64,000 bases of DNA from the NCBI GenBank assembly GCA_039915865.1, contig JBDSML010000177.1, positions 3,323 to 67,322 of the forward strand, written 5' to 3'. Position 1 is the stretch's first letter. Every line of letters starts with the position of its first letter. The position numbers were made by a program, and so were the translations under genes. Below are positions 57,064 through 64,000 of the stretch, piece after piece. Under the pieces are notes generated by a model. It did no database searches. It had not been told where the DNA came from and worked only from the letters and a program-made list of their open reading frames with translations. The stretch comes from Gemmatimonadaceae bacterium. Lineage in GTDB: Bacteria; Gemmatimonadota; Gemmatimonadetes; Gemmatimonadales; Gemmatimonadaceae.

Positions 57064-57539
57064 AGCGCGTCCTCGTTGCGGTGGGCCTGGCCCTGGCACT
57101 CTCTGCGCCGAATTACGCGATCTGGCAGAAGGAACGGCTGCTGGCGTCGGGCACGCCGATGTTGCTGGCACTCGCGCCGGTGGACCCGCGGTCGCTCATG
57201 CAGGGTGACTACATGCGTCTCGACTATGCCGTCGTGCGATCGCTGACCGAGGGCAAGGACTGGCCGCGCGATGGACGGCTCGTCGTGACGCTGGACTCGT
57301 CAGGCGTTGCCCGATTCGTGCGTCGAGATGCGCCGAACATAGCGCTCGCAACGGGCGAGCGACTGCTGCGCTATCGCCGGCGCGGCACCCGAATCAGTGT
57401 GGGATCCAATGCGTTCCATTTTCAGGAGGGCGACGCGGCGCGATACGCACGTGCGCGCTTCGGCGAGCTGCGGGTGGACGCGCAGGGAACGAGCGTGCTC
57501 GTCGGCCTGCGAGATGCGTCGCGTGTGCCACTGCGCTAA
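57060..57539 (+). CDS. GDYXXLXY-domain protein
   Basis: Literal motif DPRSLMQGDYMRLDY, plus a signal/anchor N-terminus. Its ATG overlaps the previous TGA (ATGA). Confidence 0.85.
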   Translation: MKRVLVAVGLALALSAPNYAIWQKERLLASGTPMLLALAPVDPRSLMQGDYMRLDYAVVRSLTEGKDWPRDGRLVVTLDSSGVARFVRRDAPNIALATGERLLRYRRRGTRISVGSNAFHFQEGDAARYARARFGELRVDAQGTSVLVGLRDASRVPLR

Positions 57540-57629
57540 CGTGGTGCGGACGAGTAGAGGCACCCGCCTCGCTCACGCCCGCGCGATAACGTCCATATGA
57601 TATCGCGTCGACCAATCGACTCAGCCCGG

Positions 57630-59048
57630 ATGGCCATGCGCCACACTCGAAGCCTGATCATCGCGTCGGTCGCGCTTGCCGCGTGCAAGCCCGCCCCGCA
57701 GGCCGCGGACACCACTGCAAGAGCGGCGGCCGCGCCGGCCATCGTCGTCAACCGCGATAGTGCGCCACACCCGGCGTGGTCGAGGAACGCCGTCATCTAC
57801 GAGGTCAACATCCGGCAGTACACGCCGGAGGGCACCATCGCCGCCGCCCAGAAGCACCTGCCACGCCTCAAGCAACTCGGCGTCGACATGCTGTGGGTCA
57901 TGCCCGTGCAGCCCATCGGCAAGAAGAATCGGAAGGGCGTACTCGGCAGCTACTACGCGGTGTCCGACTACCGCGCCATCAACCCGGAGTTCGGTACGGC
58001 GGCTGATTTCAAGGCGTTCGTCACCGCCGCACATGCGCAGGGCACCAAGGTGCTCCTCGATTGGGTGCCCAACCACACCGCGTTCGACCATACGTGGATC
58101 ACCCAGCACAAGGACTTCTACGTCTCGAAGCCCGATGGCACGATCATCAACGCGCGCGACAACGAGGGCCACGACACCGACTGGACCGATGTCGCCGAGT
58201 TGAACTACGACAACCCGGCGATGCGGAAGGCGATGATCGCCGACATGCGCTTCTGGCTCGACTCGATGAACATCGACGGCTTTCGCGCCGACGTCGCCGG
58301 CGGCGTGCCGATCGACTTCTGGGTCGACGCGAAGCGCGAGTTGTTGACGTCGAAGCCCGACATGTTCCTGCTCGCAGAGTCGGAGGATCCGAAGATCCAT
58401 GCGGCATTCGACATGACGTACGGGTGGGAGTTCCATCATCTGCTCAACGAGATCGCCCAGGGCAAGAAGACCACCGCCGCGTTGACGCCCTACTTCGCGA
58501 AGCAGGACACTGCGTTCGGCAAGTCGGCCTATCGGATGTACTTCACCAGCAATCACGACGAGAACAGCTGGAACGGCTCCGAGTTCGAGCGCATGGGTGC
58601 GAACCACATGCCGGCATACATCCTCGCCGCGACCGTCCAGAACTCGATGCCCATGCTGTACACGGGGCAGGAGGCGAGCCTGAAGAAGCGGCTGCGCTTC
58701 TTCGAGAAGGACACCATCGATTGGAATGGTCCGTCGCTGGCGAATTTCTATCACGCCGTCTTCGAGCTGAAGCACACGGAGCCGGCGCTCGCCAACGGCC
58801 AGTGGGGCGGGGCGCAGACTGCGCTGGCGACCACCGGTGGCGATCGCGTCTATGCGTTCACGCGCACCGTGGGCACGAATACGGTGCTGACGGCGGTCAA
58901 CTTCGGCGACGCACGCGCGAAGGCATCGTACCAGGGTCTCGCGCAGCCCGGTGACTACACGGACTGGTTCTCGAAGTCGAAGCTGTCACTCGCGGCGCAA
59001 GGTAGTGTTGATATTCCCGCGCACGGATACCGGGTGCTGGTGCGCTGA
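57630..59048 (+). CDS. alpha-amylase-family glycoside hydrolase (GH13), lipoprotein
   Basis: ORF 57597..59048, trimmed to MAMRHTRSLIIASVALAAC (lipobox). GH13 regions: LDWVPNHTA, GFRADVAGGVP, LLAESED, FTSNHDEN. Confidence 0.9.
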   Translation: MAMRHTRSLIIASVALAACKPAPQAADTTARAAAAPAIVVNRDSAPHPAWSRNAVIYEVNIRQYTPEGTIAAAQKHLPRLKQLGVDMLWVMPVQPIGKKNRKGVLGSYYAVSDYRAINPEFGTAADFKAFVTAAHAQGTKVLLDWVPNHTAFDHTWITQHKDFYVSKPDGTIINARDNEGHDTDWTDVAELNYDNPAMRKAMIADMRFWLDSMNIDGFRADVAGGVPIDFWVDAKRELLTSKPDMFLLAESEDPKIHAAFDMTYGWEFHHLLNEIAQGKKTTAALTPYFAKQDTAFGKSAYRMYFTSNHDENSWNGSEFERMGANHMPAYILAATVQNSMPMLYTGQEASLKKRLRFFEKDTIDWNGPSLANFYHAVFELKHTEPALANGQWGGAQTALATTGGDRVYAFTRTVGTNTVLTAVNFGDARAKASYQGLAQPGDYTDWFSKSKLSLAAQGSVDIPAHGYRVLVR

Positions 59049-59098
59049 ACGTCAAGAACCGAGCGTGTGCGACGAGCTGGAGCCACCAGCCGGAGCGC

Positions 59099-59206
59099 GA
59101 GCGTGAGCGTGAGCCTCCAGCAATGAGCACGTCAGAGCTCGAGCTCTAGCTCGAGCTGAAGCGCGCGCCCTGGTTTGCTCAAAGCTGGAGGCTCACGCTC
59201 ACGCTC
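59099..59206. repeat. 23-bp perfect inverted repeat between convergent genes (bidirectional terminator-like)
   Basis: gagcgtgagcgtgagcctccagc (59099-59121) and gctggaggctcacgctcacgctc (59184-59206) are exact reverse complements. The 62-nt spacer itself contains the palindromes gagctcgagctc/agctcgagct. Confidence 0.9.
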
Positions 59207-59216
59207 AGCGTATGCC

Positions 59217-61709
59217 CTACATCCCCGATCGCGCACGCTGGAACTGCACGACCAGATCGGTCGTCGACCACAGCTGCACATCGGATCCCGAGCCGTAGCG
59301 AATCGGCACGACGTTGCCGTTCCGCACCTCGTAGCTCCACAGCTCACTGTGAAACCCCGACGCCTCCACCGCCGATAACACCTCGGCTGCAGCGCCACGG
59401 AGCTCGCGCCTGTACGCTTCGAGCGAACTCGCATCCGCCATCCGATTCATGACACCGATCAGGAACAAGTTGTTCTCCCGGCCCCACACGACGCGCGGGC
59501 TGTGATACCGATCCCGGTCGAGGTCGCGCCACACTGACGGCGACGCATACGCATCGTTCGCCACAACAGGGCCGACGCCCTCCACCAGCAAGCCGACCGG
59601 ATACTGACGCGCGAACAGCCGCACATCCCGCAGCACCGCCGCCCGCGCCGCCGTATCGGGTACGCGGCGCGGCCCTTCGGTGTCTCCGAGAAAAAGTCGC
59701 GTCGCCACGTCACTGTTGGCGACAGGAATCGGACGACCGCTTCCATCGAGCGCGATCGCCAGGAAGTTCAGGCCACTCGTGTCTGCGCGAGAATGGGACA
59801 GCGCGGAGGACCAGTACGTTCGATCCGCAACATTCATTGCCGCCAGACGCGCCGCGACCCTCTGGCGCACCTCGGCCGCCGTCAGTGCAACCTCGAAGTG
59901 GCGACTCGCCGATTGCCAGGTCGCCACCGCTGCGCCGAGGGCGGCGGGCTCGCGTACGTAGCGGGCAAGCGCGGAGCCCGCTGGCGCAGCGACTGGCAAC
60001 CGCATCGCACGCAGCACATCGAGAATCTTCGCAACCGACTCCAGCGCATGCGGCGCCCAGATCGCATTGACGTCCATCGCGTAGCGCCCGCCCGCGTAGC
60101 CGACGTTGCTGTCGCGCCAACTCTGCGACGCCCATCGGCCCGAGTCGCGCGGCGCAAACGAGATGAGGTTCGACGCAACCGGGCTCGCGGCATACGGCGC
60201 CGTCTCACGCGCCACGAGCGCGAGCTCACGCACGAGACGCACGAGCCGCGTTTCGCCTCCGTCGCTCTTGTCGAGCAGGAAGGCGCGCTTGCGCGCGGCC
60301 GAGACCTTCTCGTCACTCAGCCAGCGCGCGACGATGATCGGAAACTGGTACTCCGCGTCGATCATGTGGTAGTTCTCGCGCGTGCGGCGGATGTCGCGCA
60401 ACACGCGTCGCGCGCTGGACAACAGCGTATCGCCTGCCGCAGGTCGTCCGGCGCGTACCCATGCGTCCACGAGCGACGCGTACTCGCTCGCCGCCTCACG
60501 CACGGCCTGACCGCCCATCGCCTCCTCGTGGCTGACGTTCCCATTGGGCGACAGCTTCCGCAACACACTGGCGATGACGAACTCATTCATCTCTTCACGC
60601 CACACCGGCCGCATCATCAGCGCGGTCATCAGCATGTCTCGGCCGAAGTACGTCGCGTACGTCGGCAGTCCGGCCATGAGCTTTTCGCGCGACACGAGCA
60701 ACTCGAGGCCACGCACCTGTCGCTCGAGGCGCCGAGCGCGCAGGGCGGTCGATGACGACGCATCGGCCCGTGCGCCTTCCGAGCGCGCACGCGCGATGAA
60801 CGCCAGGAAATCCGGCGTGAAGATCTCTTTCCGCGTGAGCGGCCTCAGCGCCTTGCCGCTCGTCGTGATGCGAACCGTGAAGGACACATCGTTTCCCGAC
60901 GTCGCGCGGAACGAGACGGAATCTCCCTGCACGATCACCGCAACACGGTGCGGATCGGTGCGGAACTCCATCACCATCGTGTCGAGACCATCGAGTGACG
61001 GCTGCTCGATGCGAATCACCTGCGCCTTGCCACTCGGCGACGACCCGATCGTCGGCTGCATTCGCGCTCGCAGTCCGCTGTAAGTCGACGCGTGCAACAG
61101 CGCGAGGTGGCTCGTCTGCTCGGTCGGACTCAACGTCCGCATCGACGCGAACATCCGGTCGACCTCAGGCAGTTGAAACGGCGCGCCCGCGAACGCCGAC
61201 TTCTGCTTTCCGGCATACTGGAGATCGCGCTCCACGCGCATGGAGCCGAGGAGAAACCACCCGATGTCGACGCGCGCGTTGTGTGCGATGAGCGAGTGCT
61301 CGACCGAACGCGAACGCCCGGACTGTGACACGACGGCTCCGTCGCCAAGCCATTGGAGGTCGGCGGCGCTGCCTCTTCCGTCGCGAGCGGTGAATCCAAA
61401 GCTTTCATCCTCGGCGTCGGCCCACAGGTGGACGACGCGATCGGCACGCGCATCGAGATAGATCTGCACCGTGTTGCCGCGCGCGTCCTTGAAGAGGCGC
61501 GTCTGGTAGCCCAGGTAGGCGGCGCTGTCGTCGAGTCCCTGTTCGGGGAAGCTGAGGACCGGAAGACTCTGCACCGGGGCTTGAAGAGCAGGTCCCTCGC
61601 CTGTGGCTCGGGACGACATCCTTTCGCCTGTGGCTCGGGACGACATCCTTTCGCCTGTGGCTCGGGACGACACCAGCTGCGCGAAGAGTGCGAGGGCGAT
61701 CAGGCTCAT
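59217..61709 (-). CDS. secreted (alpha/alpha)6-barrel glycoside-hydrolase-like protein (GDE_C / amylo-alpha-1,6-glucosidase-like)
   Basis: C-terminal 830 codons of ORF 59217..62912, starting at MSLIALALFAQLV (signal-like). YATYFGRDMLMTALMM resembles the FGRD motif of GDE_C-type enzymes. It lies in an alpha-glucan gene neighbourhood. The family call is tentative. Confidence 0.55.
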   Translation of the reverse strand: MSLIALALFAQLVSSRATGERMSSRATGERMSSRATGEGPALQAPVQSLPVLSFPEQGLDDSAAYLGYQTRLFKDARGNTVQIYLDARADRVVHLWADAEDESFGFTARDGRGSAADLQWLGDGAVVSQSGRSRSVEHSLIAHNARVDIGWFLLGSMRVERDLQYAGKQKSAFAGAPFQLPEVDRMFASMRTLSPTEQTSHLALLHASTYSGLRARMQPTIGSSPSGKAQVIRIEQPSLDGLDTMVMEFRTDPHRVAVIVQGDSVSFRATSGNDVSFTVRITTSGKALRPLTRKEIFTPDFLAFIARARSEGARADASSSTALRARRLERQVRGLELLVSREKLMAGLPTYATYFGRDMLMTALMMRPVWREEMNEFVIASVLRKLSPNGNVSHEEAMGGQAVREAASEYASLVDAWVRAGRPAAGDTLLSSARRVLRDIRRTRENYHMIDAEYQFPIIVARWLSDEKVSAARKRAFLLDKSDGGETRLVRLVRELALVARETAPYAASPVASNLISFAPRDSGRWASQSWRDSNVGYAGGRYAMDVNAIWAPHALESVAKILDVLRAMRLPVAAPAGSALARYVREPAALGAAVATWQSASRHFEVALTAAEVRQRVAARLAAMNVADRTYWSSALSHSRADTSGLNFLAIALDGSGRPIPVANSDVATRLFLGDTEGPRRVPDTAARAAVLRDVRLFARQYPVGLLVEGVGPVVANDAYASPSVWRDLDRDRYHSPRVVWGRENNLFLIGVMNRMADASSLEAYRRELRGAAAEVLSAVEASGFHSELWSYEVRNGNVVPIRYGSGSDVQLWSTTDLVVQFQRARSGM
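61596..61672 (-). repeat. 27-bp in-frame tandem repeat (2.8 copies) within the 5' coding region
   Basis: Encodes SSRATGERM SSRATGERM SSRATGEG directly after the signal peptide. The unit contains gtcgtcccgagc...gagggac, the same flanks as the intergenic REP-like GC modules at 39491-39515 and 43913-43938. Confidence 0.9.
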
Positions 61710-62770
61710 GTCGTCCCTGATGACGGTTGGCGTTTCGGACGCCGCTTTGCGGGTGCGGTACGCGTGGCGACCGATCCGAGCTCCACGAGCGTGGTGCGGA
61801 TGCGGACGTCCATCATCGCGTCGGAGTTGTGCTCGATCATGCCGATGAGGATGTGCGCCGTTCGCTCGCCGACCTCCATGCCCGAGTGCCGCAGATGCGT
61901 CACGTTGGGATGCAGAAAGGTCGGCGCCTGGCCGTCGCTGATCGAGATGAGCGACACGTCCTCCGGAACGCGGGTCCCTCGGCGCGCCAGCAGATAGTGG
62001 GTGTGCACGAGCAGCTCGTCGGTCATCGCGAAGATGGCGGAGAGATCCGGATGCGCGGCGAAGGCGCGGCTGATCTGCTCGTCGAGCTCGCTCGGGAGCG
62101 TCACGCGAAGGATCTGGGTCTCGGCCAGGGGCAGGGCGCGCTCGGCGTGCGCGCGACGGAATCCCTTCAGGCGCATCGCGCCGATCCGCTGGCGCTGGTC
62201 GCCGAACACGCCGACCACCCGCGTATGGCCGCGATTCATCAGATACTCCGCCGCCTCGCGACCCGCCTCCTCGTCGTTGATCGTGACCGTCGTGTACTTG
62301 GCCGTATCGATCGTCTTGTCGAGCAGCACGACGGGAATGTCGAGCTCGTGCAGCACGTCGAGATGCTGCAGGTCGGCGGTCTCGGACGAGAGCACGAGGA
62401 GGACGCCGTCGGCCGAGAGGTGGGTGCAGTACTCGGCGAGCCGCCGCTCCTGCACGATCGAGTTGTCCGACTGGAAGACGATGAGGGAGTAGTCGTTGGC
62501 CTGGACGACCCGATTGATCCCCGCGATCAGCGAGGGAACGAAGAACATGTTCATCTCGGGGACGATCAGCGCGATGAGCCGCGAGTGCTTGGCGCGGAGG
62601 TACCGGGCGCGGTAGTTGGGGATGTAGCTCATCGCCTGCGCGACGTCGCGGACCCGGACCTTCGTGTCGCCGCTGATGTCGGGGTGATCCGCGAGCGCAC
62701 GCGAGACGGTCGTCATCGACAGGCCCATCTGCTTCGCGATGTCCTTCATGGTGACGCGCTTTCCGGCCAT
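61706..62770 (-). CDS. LacI-family transcriptional regulator
   Basis: N-terminal HTH VTMKDIAKQMGLSMTTVSRALADHPDIS and a periplasmic-binding-protein-like core. Its TGA overlaps the ATG of the downstream GDE_C-like gene (ATGA). Confidence 0.9.
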   Translation of the reverse strand: MAGKRVTMKDIAKQMGLSMTTVSRALADHPDISGDTKVRVRDVAQAMSYIPNYRARYLRAKHSRLIALIVPEMNMFFVPSLIAGINRVVQANDYSLIVFQSDNSIVQERRLAEYCTHLSADGVLLVLSSETADLQHLDVLHELDIPVVLLDKTIDTAKYTTVTINDEEAGREAAEYLMNRGHTRVVGVFGDQRQRIGAMRLKGFRRAHAERALPLAETQILRVTLPSELDEQISRAFAAHPDLSAIFAMTDELLVHTHYLLARRGTRVPEDVSLISISDGQAPTFLHPNVTHLRHSGMEVGERTAHILIGMIEHNSDAMMDVRIRTTLVELGSVATRTAPAKRRPKRQPSSGTT

Positions 62771-62803
62771 TCAGGTCCCCGGTCGAGGTTGCCAGCGCAA
62801 TAG

Positions 62804-62823
62804 TTGCACTACCGATTGTGCAA
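62804..62823. promoter_or_regulatory. candidate LacI-type operator palindrome
   Basis: TTGCACtaccgattGTGCAA lies 34 nt upstream of the lacI-family start in the 481-bp divergent intergenic region. Further TTGCAC half-sites occur near 62923 and 63050. There is no experimental or comparative support. Confidence 0.25.
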
Positions 62824-63251
62824 GATATGCGCTGAATTAGTCCTGTAAATAGACGAACCGGTGAACAATCTTGCGGCGTTGAACAAACTTTCGGCGGTGA
62901 CCCGCGCCGCACTCGGCAGGTCTTGCACCCTCATCGAGCGTGAATTCATTTCGGGACCAGCTCCAGAGGCGCGCTAGACCATCAGGACCACGTTCCGCCC
63001 GTTCGGCGATTTGCGCTTTCGTATCGCCGAATTACAATCGCGACAGAAAATTTGCACGAAAGGTTGCGAAGCCGCGACGCCGCGGACAATATCGCCGGCA
63101 TCGGTTCGGCGTAATACCCGATCGGCGCGATCTCTGATCGCTCCGTCACGATCTCCGTTTCGTCGGGGCATCCTCCAAATGCCACGGCCCAGCACCCTCG
63201 CGCGCGTCGAGCGCCGCGAGCTCGATCTCTCGTCCACGTGGAGGCAGTCGA

Positions 63252-64000
63252 ATGGCAGTCACCCGATGTGCGCTGGCCGCAATTCTTGGCGGCCTACTCT
63301 TCGCGGCGCCGCTTGCCGCACAATCCGGCACCGGCATCATCTCCGGTCACGTCCTCGACTCCGCGTCGCGGCAGCCGCTCTCGTCGGTCAGCATCCGCAT
63401 CGCCGGCACGCCGAACGGCGTGCTCTCGCAGAACGACGGCAGCTTCGTACTCCGAGGCGTGCAGCCCGGAACGATCCAGCTGCGCGCCACGCGCATCGGA
63501 TTCGCCGCGGCCTCGAGTCCAGTCACTGTCGTTGCCGGCGCAACCGCGACGGTGAACTTCTCGCTCTCCGCGCGCGCCGCGGTGCTCAGCGACGTGGTCG
63601 TCACCGGCTACGGTAGCCAGCGCCGCGAGGCGATCACCGGATCGGTCGCCACCGTCGAGGCGGATCAGGCCAACGTCGGCGTCGTCGGGAATGCGACGCA
63701 GCTGCTGCAGGGCCGCGTCGCGGGCGTGCAGATCACGACCAACAGCGGTGAACCGGGCGGCGGCGTCCAGATGCGCGTGCGCGGTGGCACCTCGATTCAG
63801 GCGAGCAACGATCCGCTCTACGTCATCGATGGCGTGCCGCTCCAGAACGAGTCCACCGTCGCCGGCGCGAGGATCGAAGGCGTCAGCGCCGCGCTTCCAC
63901 GCAATCCGCTGAACTCGATCAATCCGAACGACATCGAGACGATGACGGTGCTGAAAGACGCATCGGCCACCGCGATCTACGGCAGCCGAGGCGCCAACGG
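63252..64000 (+). CDS. SusC/RagA-type TonB-dependent receptor (5' part; continues beyond the window)
   Basis: It is not in the ORF track because no stop is reached. My hand translation from the ATG at 63252 gives MAVTRCALAAILGGLLFAAPLAAQSGTGIISGHVLDSASRQPLSSVSIRIAGT... (CarbopepD_reg-like), then VVVTGYGSQRREAITGSV and plug motifs (DPLYVIDGVPL, IETMTVLKDASATAIYGSRGANG). Confidence 0.85.
   Translation, partial: MAVTRCALAAILGGLLFAAPLAAQSGTGIISGHVLDSASRQPLSSVSIRIAGTPNGVLSQNDGSFVLRGVQPGTIQLRATRIGFAAASSPVTVVAGATATVNFSLSARAAVLSDVVVTGYGSQRREAITGSVATVEADQANVGVVGNATQLLQGRVAGVQITTNSGEPGGGVQMRVRGGTSIQASNDPLYVIDGVPLQNESTVAGARIEGVSAALPRNPLNSINPNDIETMTVLKDASATAIYGSRGAN

Noticed and set aside
1-64000. Search for transposases, integrases, phage genes, tRNA/rRNA/tmRNA genes, and toxin-antitoxin or restriction-modification systems
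   Set aside because: None recognised in any frame or intergenic region by eye. Small RNAs cannot be excluded without covariance-model searches (tRNAscan-SE/Infernal).

Overview
High-G+C bacterial chromosomal segment. A few 60-nt lines counted by hand give about 63-70% G+C, and codon third positions are strongly G/C. It carries roughly 55 protein-coding genes on both strands. I recognised no rRNA, tRNA, CRISPR array, transposase or integrase. SusC/SusD-type outer-membrane pairs in such a G+C-rich genome suggest a Gemmatimonadota-like soil organism, but this is inference only.

Blocks:
- (i) 0.1-8.9 kb: SBP56-like protein, NlpC/P60, a SusC/SusD pair, PBP4-type DD-peptidase, NTF2-like protein.
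- (ii) 9-20.3 kb: small units. These are DJ-1/AraC, a YtkA-like protein plus a di-haem MauG/CCP enzyme, a GNAT, an OM beta-barrel, a FeeM-like acyltransferase fused to a cNMP-binding domain, YnfA, DUF5996, USP, truncated haemoglobin and VOC.
- (iii) 20.4-24.2 kb: a compositionally atypical patch. It holds a degraded-looking Crp regulator, three orphan genes (Cys-rich 293-aa protein, overlapping lipoprotein, 4-TM protein) and a 5'-truncated histidine-kinase stump capped by nine 13-bp tandem repeats.
- (iv) 24-37.5 kb: MFS/LysR, an S8 protease with PKD domains, a disrupted DUF899 gene, phosphoketolase, USP plus P-type ATPase.
- (v) 37.7-50 kb: glycan utilisation (GH51, a 4-gene sugar ABC transporter bracketed by inverted copies of a bipartite repeat, GH2, GH30) and an M28 peptidase.
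- (vi) 50-57.5 kb: cydAB (cydA has an internal 5' deletion), a GMC dehydrogenase pair, and the uncharacterised DUF2157/DUF4401/GDYXXLXY membrane trio.
- (vii) 57.6-64 kb: an alpha-glucan locus (GH13, GDE_C-like enzyme, LacI regulator, second SusC running off the window).

Many very long ORFs in the track are antisense or out-of-frame artefacts of the high G+C; I trimmed or rejected them. All family names come from motif recognition by eye, not from database searches.
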